Positions 17,161 through 27,798 are shown, counted from the stretch's first letter. The stretch is DNA of 64,000 nucleotides from an uncultured Candidatus Entotheonella sp. (GCA_965215335.1 CBDCDA010000001.1:1184001-1248000), one strand, 5' to 3'. The notes: generated by a model not told the origin, from the sequence alone. A program made the numbers and translations.

Positions 17161-18802
17161 GGCGGCCTTCGCATCCGGACTTGGCCGCACACGATCCCGG
17201 ACCATGAAACCGGCACGCCGGCGCATTGGGCAGACCGTCAAGCGGACAACGACCCGAACCGCGCATTTTTTTCAGGACGTCACGCGGTTTGCAGACAGGC
17301 ATTACGTCATCGCCAAGGGCAGCGAGCTTTTTTACAAATCCGTCAAACGGCGCATCGGTCAGTTCATGTTTTTTGCCACCACCTTCTTTATCGGGGGCAG
17401 GGCGATCGCCGGCCAGGAGGTACACCTCAGCCAGGTGGGGGCGTTGGCGGCCGTTGCCGGGCTGGTCGCCTATGGTTTCCAGTGGTGGGCCAACAAGGTG
17501 CTCCAGAGGAACGTCGAGTATGCGCAATCACATGGCGCCAATCTGCTCAAGGATCGGAAAAAATCACACTTCATCGAGCACTTGGGCGCTTTATGGGAAA
17601 CCGTGTATGCCCCGGAGGCCGCCGTCCTGTTCTCGGGGGCGTATCGGCAGCGGGCCGCTGCCGAGATTGCTCGCATCAAACAAGCGATTCGCGAAAAACA
17701 CCGGCAGCAGAACCAGCCGGATCAGGACGCCGGTGATAGCGAGGAAGTCGTCCGTTTCGAGCTTGGCCACGTCCTGAGCAACAGCGGGGAGAGTTATGCC
17801 TTGCTCGACAAGGAGGGCTTCTGTGCGGCGGTGGAATATGAACTCAGAACCTTCCACCCGCAGAACGTCCAGCGCAAGCGACTCGGGTTCAGCATTGCTC
17901 AGTTAGAGGACCTTCTCGACGGCGCCACGCTTACCCGCAACGACACGAAACTTCTTGAACAACGGGCGCATTTTTCCATCCAGGAAATTGCCGCCTGTGC
18001 CGCCAGCCGACTCCCGCTCCGGCGCCATGTCGCGCAGCAGATTCATCAGGCCTGGTCACGCTACTGTCAGACATTCTGGCAGTACAACATCGCCTTGTCG
18101 GTAGAAGCCAGCGTCGGGAGTTTGCTCTACAGACTCCATAACAAATACCAGACGGGGCTGATTGACGCCCAGGACATCATCTGGCAGGAGAAGGAGGCGT
18201 TAGGTTATGTCGAGCACCGGTTGCTTGACACGGCACCCGCAATCATTGACGAGATCAAATGCGGGACGAAACGGATCATTCGCAAGATCTTTTCACAGCA
18301 TGAGGAAAATGCGCGGCGTCTGGTCATACGCATGTACGGATACAACATACGGCATGGTATCCATTTGCTCATGTCATACGACGGCCACTATGCAACCAAC
18401 AGGTTGAATCGCAGTCCTCTGGATGACATGGGTATCATTACGACGAATCACAAGGAACTCGAAAGAGTTTCCGCAGCCATGGACATGGCTGCAAGGCATA
18501 TGGCACATTTCCATGAATTCGCCAATCGGCATCGCGATATTCTGCATCCTTATGACAAGGAAGAAAGGAGGGCCATCGAAACGTCGTATTACATCAATTA
18601 CAAGGGTCTGAGACAGAAAATTGCCTCCATGACGACATTCCGCAAACAGGCCAGTGATGAAATATCAGGACTGTTCGAAGAAATTGCGGACCGCAAATCC
18701 GTCTTCACGCATCGCTTGAGAACGTTGCGACTGCACAAGGAATTGGCAATCCTGGAATTCAAGGACGTTGTGCAACATATTCAATACCTGGGCGATCTCT
18801 AG
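17141..18802 (+). CDS. Hypothetical protein with two N-terminal hydrophobic segments
   Basis: 553-aa open frame; no motif recognised; start could be 17204. Confidence 0.7.
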   Translation: MSRKGGKAAFASGLGRTRSRTMKPARRRIGQTVKRTTTRTAHFFQDVTRFADRHYVIAKGSELFYKSVKRRIGQFMFFATTFFIGGRAIAGQEVHLSQVGALAAVAGLVAYGFQWWANKVLQRNVEYAQSHGANLLKDRKKSHFIEHLGALWETVYAPEAAVLFSGAYRQRAAAEIARIKQAIREKHRQQNQPDQDAGDSEEVVRFELGHVLSNSGESYALLDKEGFCAAVEYELRTFHPQNVQRKRLGFSIAQLEDLLDGATLTRNDTKLLEQRAHFSIQEIAACAASRLPLRRHVAQQIHQAWSRYCQTFWQYNIALSVEASVGSLLYRLHNKYQTGLIDAQDIIWQEKEALGYVEHRLLDTAPAIIDEIKCGTKRIIRKIFSQHEENARRLVIRMYGYNIRHGIHLLMSYDGHYATNRLNRSPLDDMGIITTNHKELERVSAAMDMAARHMAHFHEFANRHRDILHPYDKEERRAIETSYYINYKGLRQKIASMTTFRKQASDEISGLFEEIADRKSVFTHRLRTLRLHKELAILEFKDVVQHIQYLGDL

Positions 18803-18982
18803 GGCAATTTCGGCTCGCAATGGCTTGCTCGTTCGTCACCCTCTCCAGCACGCCCCCTTGACGTTCAATGCCACTTTCCGGTTGACTCCGAATGGTGCCG
18901 CAGGCAGGATGACGGCCTTCTTCGAGAGTCCGTCCCATTCAATGCCAACGACAACGCGTTTCGCGAGTCAGGAGTCCGTTTT

Positions 18983-19951
18983 ATGAAAGCTGTACGTGTC
19001 CACGAGTTTGGCGGCCCCGAGGCGATGAGCTACGAGGAGGTTCCGACCCCGTCGCCCGGCGCGGGCCAGGTGCTGGTGAAACTGGCGGCCAGCGGCCTGA
19101 ATTACATCGACGTGTACCAGCGCACCGGCCTGTATCCCAATGCCCTGCCCTACACCCTCGGCCTGGAAGGCTCCGGCACCGTGGCCGGCGTGGGAGCCGG
19201 GGTTGCGATGTTCAGGGAAGGCGATCCCGTCACCTGGACCGGCGTGCCCGGCGCCTACGCCGAGTATGCCGTGGTGCCCGAGCAGCGCCTGGTACGCATG
19301 CCCGACGGGCTGGACGTCAAAGTGGGTGCGGCAGCCATGCTGCAGGGAATGACAGCACACTATCTGGTCAAGACGACCTACCCGCTCAAGGCCGGCGACG
19401 CCTGTCTCGTGCATGCCGCGGCCGGCGGCGTCGGTCTGTTGCTGGTGCAGATGGCCAGGCAGTGCGGGGCACGGGTCTTCGGCACCGTCTCGACCGAAGA
19501 AAAGGCCGCCTTGGCGCGCGCCGCCGGCGCCGACGACGTGATTCTGTACACCGAACAGGATTTCGAGGCCGAGGTGAAGCGCCTGACCGCCGGCAAGGGC
19601 GTACGGGTGGTGTACGACTCGGTGGGCAAAACAACGTTCGACAAAAGCCTGAACTGCCTGGCACCGCTGGGATACATGGTTCTTTACGGCGCTTCCAGCG
19701 GCCCGGTGCCGCCGTTCGACGCCTCTGCCCTCAACGCCAAGGGATCGTTGTTCCTCACTCGCCCCAGCCTGTTCCACTACATCGCCGACCGTGCCAGCCT
19801 CGAGAAGCGCGCCGGCGACGTCCTCGACTGGGTTGCCGACGGCAGCCTCGAGCTGCGCATGGAGCACACGTTCGCCTTGTCCGACGCGGCGGCAGCGCAT
19901 CGCAGCCTGGAAGGACGCAAGACGACCGGCAAAGTGTTGCTGATTCCCTGA
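18983..19951 (+). CDS. qor: NADPH:quinone oxidoreductase (zeta-crystallin/MDR)
   Basis: GLNYIDVYQRTG, HAAAGGVG, YDSVGK, RKTTGKVLL. Confidence 0.92.
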   Translation: MKAVRVHEFGGPEAMSYEEVPTPSPGAGQVLVKLAASGLNYIDVYQRTGLYPNALPYTLGLEGSGTVAGVGAGVAMFREGDPVTWTGVPGAYAEYAVVPEQRLVRMPDGLDVKVGAAAMLQGMTAHYLVKTTYPLKAGDACLVHAAAGGVGLLLVQMARQCGARVFGTVSTEEKAALARAAGADDVILYTEQDFEAEVKRLTAGKGVRVVYDSVGKTTFDKSLNCLAPLGYMVLYGASSGPVPPFDASALNAKGSLFLTRPSLFHYIADRASLEKRAGDVLDWVADGSLELRMEHTFALSDAAAAHRSLEGRKTTGKVLLIP

Positions 19952-19953
19952 CC

Positions 19954-21471
19954 TCAGGCTTCCTGCCCCCAGCGCGACTTCACGGCCTCGCGGTCAACCT
20001 CGTGGGTGCCTGCCCTTGGCAGGGTATCGGTAAGCACGACCCACTTCGGTTTCTTGTAGCGGGCGATTCTGCCGGCCACGTGATCGATGACCTGCTCGGC
20101 GCTCAGGTCTCCGTCGCCGCTCTCGACGACGGCCTTGATGGCCTCGCCCCACTGGGCATCGGGCACGCCGAAGACACACACGGCGCTCACGCCCGGCATC
20201 TCCATGATGACCGTCTCGACCTCGGCGGGATAGACGTTCTCCCCACCCGGCTTGATCAATTCCTTTTCCGGCCTGCGGCCTACGTAGTGCAGGAAACCGT
20301 CCTCGTCGAAGCGGCCTACGTCGCCGGTGTGATGCCAGCCGCCGCGGAAGGTGTAGGCGGTCTCCTGCGGCTGAGCGTAGTAGCCCTGGAAGACCACGGG
20401 CCCGCGCGTCAGGATTTCGCCCGGTGCGCCGACGGGAACCTCGCGGTCGTAGTCGTCAACGAGCCGCACACGGCACAGCGGCGCCACTCTGCCCGCCGCG
20501 CCCGGCCGTTCGACAGCGCGTTGCAGGGTGACGAAACCGCTGGTTTCGGTTTGCCCATAGCCGGTCCAGAACTGCGCCTGGGTGTTGGCGTGCAGGCGTC
20601 CGATAGCCTCTGGTCCTTCGAGGCCGGCAACGTGCTTCAGACTGGGCAGGCGGCTGCCGACCGCCGCGGCGGCATCCAGAATGGAACCGAGGACGGGGGG
20701 AAAACTGGTCAGGTAGGTGACGTTGTGCGCGTCGATGAGTTGCACGGCTCGGGCGGCATCGAAACGGGCCGTCAGCACGCTGGCGCCGCCGGCGTGCAGG
20801 GTGGCAAACGCGGCGCCCAAGGCGGCGACGTGAAACAGCGGCAGGGCCAGGAGGTTGCAGTCGGATTCGGTCAGGCCCATGCCGGCCATGGTCTGCAGGT
20901 TGGCGGCCAGCAGGTTGTTGTGGGTCAGCACGGCACCGCGCGGGACCACGTCCACCGCGGCGGTGGAAATCACCGCCAACGGGTCGTCGCCCGTGGCCAT
21001 GTCGGGTGCACCGGTGGAGCCGGCATCGGCGTACAGGGTGTCGAAGGCGGCGAATGGACCGGAGGGCGTCGGGCCGAACGTATACCAGTGAACAAGGTCG
21101 GTGGTCGTCGGCCAATCCGCCACCGCCGGCTGCGTGGCGGCATCGACGACCATCATGCTCGGCTCGGCCCGCTCGACGATGCGGCGGATCTCTTCGGGTG
21201 TCAGGCGCCAGTTGACCGGATAGGCCAGGATGCCCAGCTTGGCGCAGGCGCCGTAGAGGTCCAGGTAGCCGGGGTGGTTCCGCGCCAGGATGCAAAGGCG
21301 CTCGCCTTTGCGGATCGGCAATGCCGACAAGCCGGCTGCCAGGGTATCGACGCGGCCAAGAAACTCGCGGAAGCTGACCTGACCCTGCTCGTGAATGACC
21401 GCCGGCCGGCCGCCGAATTGTGCGGCGTTGCGCAGCAGCAGGTCGTACAGCGTGAACGTGTGCACCGACAC
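19954..21471 (-). CDS. AMP-binding acyl-CoA synthetase
   Basis: LPLFH, GYGQTE, HTGD, KPGGENVYP; variant P-loop ISTAAVDVVPRG. Confidence 0.9.
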   Translation of the reverse strand: MSVHTFTLYDLLLRNAAQFGGRPAVIHEQGQVSFREFLGRVDTLAAGLSALPIRKGERLCILARNHPGYLDLYGACAKLGILAYPVNWRLTPEEIRRIVERAEPSMMVVDAATQPAVADWPTTTDLVHWYTFGPTPSGPFAAFDTLYADAGSTGAPDMATGDDPLAVISTAAVDVVPRGAVLTHNNLLAANLQTMAGMGLTESDCNLLALPLFHVAALGAAFATLHAGGASVLTARFDAARAVQLIDAHNVTYLTSFPPVLGSILDAAAAVGSRLPSLKHVAGLEGPEAIGRLHANTQAQFWTGYGQTETSGFVTLQRAVERPGAAGRVAPLCRVRLVDDYDREVPVGAPGEILTRGPVVFQGYYAQPQETAYTFRGGWHHTGDVGRFDEDGFLHYVGRRPEKELIKPGGENVYPAEVETVIMEMPGVSAVCVFGVPDAQWGEAIKAVVESGDGDLSAEQVIDHVAGRIARYKKPKWVVLTDTLPRAGTHEVDREAVKSRWGQEA

Positions 21472-21498
21472 GGGGTTCTCCTTCCTTGCGTGGGGAAC

Positions 21499-22176
21499 TT
21501 ATGCGGCAATCGGCGTGGCGACGAAAACGCGGAAATTGGCGCGCAGCGACGCCGTCCGACGGATGGCGAAGCCCGCTTCGGCCAGCAGCCATCGCCAATC
21601 CTCGGTGGTGTACTTGTTGTGCACCGGAAAGAGACGGAACCAGCGCCGCAGGCTGGCCTGCCGCTCCTCGCCCGCCCCCTCGACGCGCGCGTCGAGATAC
21701 TCGGTCAGCGGCGCGCGCACCCAATCGTTCAGGAAGAAAATGCCGTCCGGGGCGAGCAGCCGGCGGATTTCTGCCAGCACCGGCAGCGGCTCGTCGAGCA
21801 GGTGCAGGATGGCCGTCATGTTGAGCAGGTGCACCGCGCCGTCGGCCAGCGGGACGGGCCGCGCGGTCAGGTCGTGTACCGCGAGGGTCGGTTTCGAGCC
21901 CGCGTAGGTGACCTCTTCCCGCGCATGCGTGATCATGGCCGGCGTGAGGTCGTATCCGTGCAACGCGGCGTCGGTAAAGCGCTGGCCGAGGTCGCGCAAA
22001 AACAGTCCCGGGCCGCAGCCGAGGTCCGCAATGGCGGGTCGGGCCGGCAGTCGTGGACCCACGTGCTGGTCGAAGAAATTCCAGAATGCCTCGTCGTGGC
22101 GCTCCGCGTGGCTGTTGACCATGCGCTCGACGAGTTCCGCGTCCGACATGCCGCTGATGCTTTGATGGGTTGCCAT
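21499..22176 (-). CDS. Class I SAM-dependent methyltransferase
   Basis: DLGCGPG motif I; LLAPDG motif. Confidence 0.88.
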   Translation of the reverse strand: MATHQSISGMSDAELVERMVNSHAERHDEAFWNFFDQHVGPRLPARPAIADLGCGPGLFLRDLGQRFTDAALHGYDLTPAMITHAREEVTYAGSKPTLAVHDLTARPVPLADGAVHLLNMTAILHLLDEPLPVLAEIRRLLAPDGIFFLNDWVRAPLTEYLDARVEGAGEERQASLRRWFRLFPVHNKYTTEDWRWLLAEAGFAIRRTASLRANFRVFVATPIAA

Positions 22177-22301
22177 GATCTCCTCGGGGGTTCCCTTCCT
22201 TTGGGGGTCTGCTGCTCTATAATGGCGCGGCTACTATACATCAGGCAAATGACCGACAACAGGGTCGGCGCCGCTTGGCGGCGCCCAGGCGAGGCCGGCA
22301 C

Positions 22302-23333
22302 ATGACACCCTTCCAGCTCGAATCACCCCTCGACATGCATTTGCATCTGCGCGAGGGCGACTTGTTGCATCTCGTGGCGCCGGCGAGCGCCCGCTTCTTT
22401 GCCGGCGCGGTGATCATGCCCAACCTGGTGCCGCCGGTCGATAACCCGGCGCGCCTGGACGACTACCGCGCCGCCATCGACGCTGCCATTGGCGGGGCGG
22501 TATTCGCGCCCTACATGACGTTGTTCTTCCGTCCCTATACCGCGGCCGAGCTTGAGGCCGTACGCACGCGCATCATCGGTATCAAGCTCTATCCGGCCGG
22601 CGTCACCACCAACAGCGAGGCCGGTGTGCGGATCTTGCAAGAGACGGAACCGACGTTGGCCGCGATGCAGGAACTCGACATTCCCCTGCTGGTGCACGGC
22701 GAGAGCACGGGGTTCGTCATGGACCGTGAGGCGGAGTTCATGCCGGTGTACGAGCATCTGGCGCAGACCTTCCCGCGCCTGCGCATCGTAATGGAACATA
22801 TCACCACGCGGCAGGCCGTGGCGTTGCTCGACCGCCATGCCAACGTCTTCGCCACCGTCACGCTGCACCATCTCCTGCTGACGCTTGACGACGTGGTGGG
22901 CGGCCTGTTGGCGCCCCACTTGTTCTGCAAACCCATCGCCAAACGCCCGGCGGACCGCGACGCCTTGCTCGCCGCCGCCCTCGCAGCCCACCCCAAGCTG
23001 ATGTTCGGGAGCGACTCGGCGCCCCATCCGCTCCACAGCAAGGAATGCGCCGGCTGCGCCGCCGGGGTGTTCACGGCGCCGGTCGCGCTGCCGATGCTGG
23101 TGGAACTCTTCGACGAGCACGACGCCCTGGATAACCTGCAAGCGTTCGTTTCCGGCAACGCCCGGCGCATCTATCGCCTCACGCCCCCGCCCAAGACGGT
23201 TGCCTTCGTCAAGAAAGCGACCGTCGTCCCGTCCCGGTATGGCCCGGTCGTGCCGTTTGGCGCCGGCAAGTCCCTGGCATGGCGACTGCTTGAAACTCGT
23301 CAAACAGCCCGTTTGACACCCCCTCGGCGTTAG
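22302..23333 (+). CDS. pyrC: Dihydroorotase (homodimeric type)
   Basis: [37 protein letters not shown]. Confidence 0.93.
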   Translation: MTPFQLESPLDMHLHLREGDLLHLVAPASARFFAGAVIMPNLVPPVDNPARLDDYRAAIDAAIGGAVFAPYMTLFFRPYTAAELEAVRTRIIGIKLYPAGVTTNSEAGVRILQETEPTLAAMQELDIPLLVHGESTGFVMDREAEFMPVYEHLAQTFPRLRIVMEHITTRQAVALLDRHANVFATVTLHHLLLTLDDVVGGLLAPHLFCKPIAKRPADRDALLAAALAAHPKLMFGSDSAPHPLHSKECAGCAAGVFTAPVALPMLVELFDEHDALDNLQAFVSGNARRIYRLTPPPKTVAFVKKATVVPSRYGPVVPFGAGKSLAWRLLETRQTARLTPPRR

Positions 23334-23342
23334 TGGTATACA
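23299..23342 (+). promoter_or_regulatory. Sigma70-like promoter with an overlapping palindrome, upstream of the DUF58-VWA operon
   Basis: GTCAAAC-N5-GTTTGAC inverted repeat overlaps TTGACA (23313); TG-n-TATACA lies 18 bp downstream. Confidence 0.5.
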
Positions 23343-23450
23343 AGGATACTTTGTGACGAGTCGCCTTGCCCTGTCACGCTGTCATCGGAGTATGAAGGTT
23401 CTCGACACCAGGCTCCCCGCTGCAGCCGCAAAAACGGTACCGATTTCTCC

Positions 23451-24341
23451 ATGATCTCGTCGGAACTCTACCACCAGGTACGCCGCCTGCACATCCGCAC
23501 GAACCGGTTGGTCAACGAAACGTTTGGGGGCGAATACCTGAGCGCCTTCAAAGGCCACGGCATGGAGTTCGCCGAGGTGCGCGAATATGCGCCCGGCGAC
23601 GACGTGCGCAGCATCGACTGGAACGTCACCGCGCGTCGGGGCCACCCGTACATCAAGCGTTATGTGGAGGAGCGGGAGTTGACCGTGATGCTGCTGGTCG
23701 ACCTCAGCGCCTCCGGGCAGTTCGGCAGCGTCAGCCGGCTGAAGACGGACATCGGCACGGAACTGTGCGCGGTGTTGGCGCTGAGCGCCATCAGCAACAA
23801 CGACCGCGTCGGGCTGCTGCTGTTCACCGACAAGATCGAAAAGTTCGTGCCGCCGCAGAAGGGTAAGCGCCACGGCATGCGGATCATGCGGGACCTGCTG
23901 TATTTCCAGCCGCAGCAGCGGCGCACGGACGTGGGCCTGGCGCTGGACTTTCTGCATCACATCAGCCGGCGGCGCACGGTCAGCTTCCTGGTTTCCGACT
24001 TCATGACCTCGGGGTACGACATGCCCCTGCGCGTCGCGCATCGGCGCCACGACATGATCCCGGTCAGCATTGCCGACCGGCGCGAGGCCAGCCTGCCGCG
24101 GCTCGGCCTGGTCGTCCTGCAGGACCTCGAGACCGGTGAGCACATCCTGGTGGACACGGCAAGCGATGCGGTACGCGAAAACTATCGCCGCCGCCGGGAA
24201 GCCGCGGTCGAACAGCGCCAGCACTTGTTCAAGTCGCTGCGCATCGATTCCATCGAGGTGAATACGGCGGAGCCGTACCTTCGTCCCTTGCTGCGGTTCT
24301 TCCGGCAGCGGGAACGGCGCGGCGCGAGAGCCTGGGCGTAA
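23451..24341 (+). CDS. DUF58 protein (MoxR-associated, MxaS-like)
   Basis: GMEFAEVREYAPGDDVRSIDWNVTAR; DLSAS; VSDF. Confidence 0.93.
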   Translation: MISSELYHQVRRLHIRTNRLVNETFGGEYLSAFKGHGMEFAEVREYAPGDDVRSIDWNVTARRGHPYIKRYVEERELTVMLLVDLSASGQFGSVSRLKTDIGTELCAVLALSAISNNDRVGLLLFTDKIEKFVPPQKGKRHGMRIMRDLLYFQPQQRRTDVGLALDFLHHISRRRTVSFLVSDFMTSGYDMPLRVAHRRHDMIPVSIADRREASLPRLGLVVLQDLETGEHILVDTASDAVRENYRRRREAAVEQRQHLFKSLRIDSIEVNTAEPYLRPLLRFFRQRERRGARAWA

Positions 24342-24397
24342 AACACGCTCCGCAAAGCCTCCGCAGTCCCCTGCCCCGCAATTGGAGCATTCTCGAC

Positions 24398-25426
24398 ATG
24401 TATTTTGCCGCCGCCCCATACACCTACTTGTTGGTTGTGGTCCCCGTCGTTCTGGCGTTGTACGTCTACGCCTTCGTCCGCAAGCGCCAGGCTCTGACGG
24501 CCTTCATGGACGTGTCGTTGATCGCGCGTCTGCTGCCCGGGTACAACCGCAGACGGCAATGGGCCAAGGCGCTGTGCACGGTTGGCGCCGTGGCTGCCCT
24601 GGTGCTGGCTCTGATGCAGCCGCAGTGGGGGATTGATTGGCAGGACATCCCGCGGCGCGGCCGCGACCTGATCATCCTGCTGGATGTCTCGGTCAGCATG
24701 AAAGCCCAGGACGTGCGGCCCAACCGCCTCGAACAGGCCAAGCAGGCGGTCCGGAAACTGGTGGAATTCCTGCAGAAAACGGGCGGGCACCGGCTCGGCC
24801 TGGTGGCGTTCGCCGGCAGGGCGAGCCTGCAATCCCCGATGACCCTGGACTATCCCTTCTATCTCAAACGCCTGGAACAGGCAGGGCCTGAAACCGTCAC
24901 GCGGGAGGGCACGTCGATCGGCGCCGCCATCCGGCAGGTCCTTGAAGGCTTCAGCAGGATCGAATACGAGTATACCGACCTCATCATTCTGACCGACGGC
25001 GAAGACCACGACGGCTTCCCCCTGGAAGCCGCCCGCCTGGCTGCAGCCAAGAAAATGAACCTCTACACGGTCGGCATCGGCGACGCCAGCCAGGGTGCCT
25101 TGGTGCCGATCAAGTGGACGGAGGAGGGTCTGCCCTTCTTTGCCAAATACAAGGGGCAGGCGGTACGTTCGCAGATGAACCAGAGCCTGCTGCTGGAAAT
25201 GGCACGGCTGACGGACGGCTCCTATCTGGCGGGCGGAACCCGCGAGGTGCATCTCGATCGGCTGTACCGCGACGAGATTGCCGGCAAACCCCGCCGCAAT
25301 ATCGAGATTTCCGAACGCGAACATCTCATCCACCGCTATCACTGGTTTGTGTTGGCAGCCGTGCTGCTGCTCGCTGCCGACATGCTGCTGCGCGAACGAA
25401 AAGTCCCTGTGGAGGGACGAACATGA
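24398..25426 (+). CDS. VWA protein (BatB/MxaL-like)
   Basis: LDVSVSM MIDAS, PNRLEQAK, LTDGEDH; N- and C-terminal TM segments. Confidence 0.9.
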   Translation: MYFAAAPYTYLLVVVPVVLALYVYAFVRKRQALTAFMDVSLIARLLPGYNRRRQWAKALCTVGAVAALVLALMQPQWGIDWQDIPRRGRDLIILLDVSVSMKAQDVRPNRLEQAKQAVRKLVEFLQKTGGHRLGLVAFAGRASLQSPMTLDYPFYLKRLEQAGPETVTREGTSIGAAIRQVLEGFSRIEYEYTDLIILTDGEDHDGFPLEAARLAAAKKMNLYTVGIGDASQGALVPIKWTEEGLPFFAKYKGQAVRSQMNQSLLLEMARLTDGSYLAGGTREVHLDRLYRDEIAGKPRRNIEISEREHLIHRYHWFVLAAVLLLAADMLLRERKVPVEGRT

Positions 25427-26265
25427 GAGACGGGAAGGGATGCATGACGGGCAAAAACGTGCTGCTGGCATTGGCGGTTCTGGTACTGATGATGCCGCTC
25501 CATGGGCAGGCCGAGTCGCCTTATAAGACCGTGCAACGAGGCAACGAACTTTACGAGGCCGGCGAGTACGACGCCGCAGGGCTGCACTATGCCAGTGCCA
25601 GTGAGGACTTTCCCGAGGCTGCCGAGATTTACTTCAACCAGGGCAACGTGCTGTACAAGCAACGCAAATTCCTCCAGGCCCTGGCGCATTACACGAACGC
25701 TTTGCAGTCGGTCGAGGGCGTTCTGGAAAGCCGCGTCAAATACAACCTCGGCAACGTCGAGTACCGCCGTGCTCTGATTGCCATGAGCACGCCGCAGGAC
25801 TCCATGCTGCTGCTGCGCTCGGCTATTACGTACTACCGCGACAGCCTGGCGGCTGATCCGCAACAGCAGAACGCCCGCTACAATCTCGAGCTGGCGCATC
25901 GCCTGATGCGCCAGCTCTATGAGCAACTGCAGGAGGACCGGCGGGATAGCGCAGACGACGGCCGTAATTCAAATCGCAAGTCGGAAAGCGACCAGTCGAA
26001 GCAGCGGCAGTCCGAACAGAGAAACTCGCGGAAGAACAAGCAGGAGGATGAGGGTCAGGCCGGCAGCGAGGCATCGCAGAGCGTCATGGCCGACAGCGGC
26101 ATGGAAGAGTCGCCGGAAGACATGGAAATGCCCGAGGATATCAGTCTGGAAGAAGCCGAAATGAAACTGAACGAAATTCGCGACCGGGCGCGCAAGATCG
26201 CGGAAATGCGGCAGGAATGGAGGAAGGCTCGCATGCGCGACGGCAAGGTGGAAAAATTCTGGTAA
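25423..26265 (+). CDS. TPR protein (BatC/MxaK-like)
   Basis: Signal peptide, GNELY, YNLGN, ARYNLELA, Q/E-rich tail; ATGA overlap. Confidence 0.85.
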   Translation: MRDGKGCMTGKNVLLALAVLVLMMPLHGQAESPYKTVQRGNELYEAGEYDAAGLHYASASEDFPEAAEIYFNQGNVLYKQRKFLQALAHYTNALQSVEGVLESRVKYNLGNVEYRRALIAMSTPQDSMLLLRSAITYYRDSLAADPQQQNARYNLELAHRLMRQLYEQLQEDRRDSADDGRNSNRKSESDQSKQRQSEQRNSRKNKQEDEGQAGSEASQSVMADSGMEESPEDMEMPEDISLEEAEMKLNEIRDRARKIAEMRQEWRKARMRDGKVEKFW

Positions 26266-26324
26266 GTTCTGATCCTGTAGCACCCTCCTGCGGCCAGACA
26301 GAAGGTCCTTTCCGGGAGTTCATC

Positions 26325-27347
26325 ATGCGACTGGTCAATCCCCTGGCCCTGTTTCTCCTGATACTGGTGCCGCTGCTGCTTTACCTGCGATACCGACGCC
26401 AGCAACCGGCGGTCATTTCCTACCCGGCGATCCAGGGCTTGCGCCCGCTGCCGCGTTCCTTCGCGGTATGGCTGCACCGCGCCATGCCGGTGCTGCGCAC
26501 CCTGGCGATCGTCCTGTGCGTTGTGGCCCTGGCGCGGCCGCAGTGGGGATTCGAGACCACCGAAGTGCGGCGCCAGGGTATCGCCATCGACATGGTCGTG
26601 GATGCCTCTCGCAGCATGGCGGCGCAGGATTTGCAACTGGAAGGCGAGGAAAAGGACCGGCTGGAGGTGGTGAAAGAGGCCTTTCGACTGTTTGTGCGCG
26701 GCGAAGGCGACAACGCCGGCGGGCGTGAGGGCGACCTGATCGGCATGGTGACGTTCGCGCGCTACGCCGACGGGGTCAGTCCGCTGACGCTGGACCACGA
26801 CATGCTGTTGTCGCTGCTCGATCAGATCGAGATCGTCACCCTGCCGGAGGACAACGGCACCTCCATTGGCGAGGCGATCGCCTTGAGCGTGGAACGCCTG
26901 CGCCAGAGCAAAACGACGAGCAAGGTGATGATTCTGCTGACCGACGGCAGTAACAACGCGGGCCTTACGGAGCCTGTGGAAGCGGCTCAGATCGCCAAGG
27001 CACTGGGGATCAAGATCTACACCATCGGCACCGGCAGACGCGGCACCGCCCCCGTCGCCATGCGAACCCATGACGGTCGGCGAGTGGTCCGGCGCATGCA
27101 GGTGTCGATAGACGAACGAACGCTCCGGCAGATCGCCCACCTCACCGGCGGGCAGTATTTTCGGGCCACGGACAGCGAAGCATTGAAGGAAATCTATTCG
27201 GAGATCGACCGTCTGGAAAAGACCACCACGGTGGCGGAACACTACCAGCAATACATCGACTTCTTCCCCGTCTTCCTGCTGTCCGGCCTGTGCCTCGTGC
27301 TGCTGGAGGCCGTGCTCGTCAATACCCGTCTGCGAACCGTTCCATAA
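26325..27347 (+). CDS. VWA protein (BatA/MxaC-like)
   Basis: LARPQ, VDASRSM, GTSIG, LTDGSNN, IYSEIDRLEK. Confidence 0.92.
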   Translation: MRLVNPLALFLLILVPLLLYLRYRRQQPAVISYPAIQGLRPLPRSFAVWLHRAMPVLRTLAIVLCVVALARPQWGFETTEVRRQGIAIDMVVDASRSMAAQDLQLEGEEKDRLEVVKEAFRLFVRGEGDNAGGREGDLIGMVTFARYADGVSPLTLDHDMLLSLLDQIEIVTLPEDNGTSIGEAIALSVERLRQSKTTSKVMILLTDGSNNAGLTEPVEAAQIAKALGIKIYTIGTGRRGTAPVAMRTHDGRRVVRRMQVSIDERTLRQIAHLTGGQYFRATDSEALKEIYSEIDRLEKTTTVAEHYQQYIDFFPVFLLSGLCLVLLEAVLVNTRLRTVP

Positions 27348-27358
27348 ACGAGCCGGTG

Positions 27359-27778
27359 TTACTGACGCAGGGTGTCGAGTTCAAGCGCAAGGCCGGTGGT
27401 GCCGAGGGGCACCACGCCCGGCGTGCTGGCCAGCAGCTCGCCGGGCACGACGGAGAGCACGTCGCCGTCCTTGTCGGTGAACGCCTGCACGACGTAGGAT
27501 TTCCACTTGCTGCGACCGGACATGTCGAACGTCGGTGCGACGCGGAAATCGACAGGCAGGGTAAACCTGGGGAGGATTGCATACTTGGTGTCGAGTTCCA
27601 CGCTATTTCCCGGGTGAAACAGTTTGATGACCAGCCGGTCACCGGGCGAGACGTGCCGAGCCAGGTCAGCGCGGATACCGATGGTTCCCTGGATCGTTTT
27701 CTTCGAGTCGTCAGCTGTCCAGCCGGGAACGGCGAACAGCCACCCAATCAACAGGCACAAACTGCGTACCGACGCCAT
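27359..27778 (-). CDS. Secreted protein resembling the C-terminal Ig-like domain of CcmI/CycH
   Basis: Signal peptide, then IQGTIGIRADLA...PGDRLVI...LPVDF...DKDGD...PGEL...VPLGTTGL pattern. Confidence 0.55.
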   Translation of the reverse strand: MASVRSLCLLIGWLFAVPGWTADDSKKTIQGTIGIRADLARHVSPGDRLVIKLFHPGNSVELDTKYAILPRFTLPVDFRVAPTFDMSGRSKWKSYVVQAFTDKDGDVLSVVPGELLASTPGVVPLGTTGLALELDTLRQ

Positions 27779-27798
27779 GAACAACCCCCGGCGGATCG

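Noticed and set aside
19462..22305. 947-aa plus-strand ORF
   Set aside because: It is a shadow of qor (other frame) and of the antisense acyl-CoA synthetase and methyltransferase; it has no motifs.
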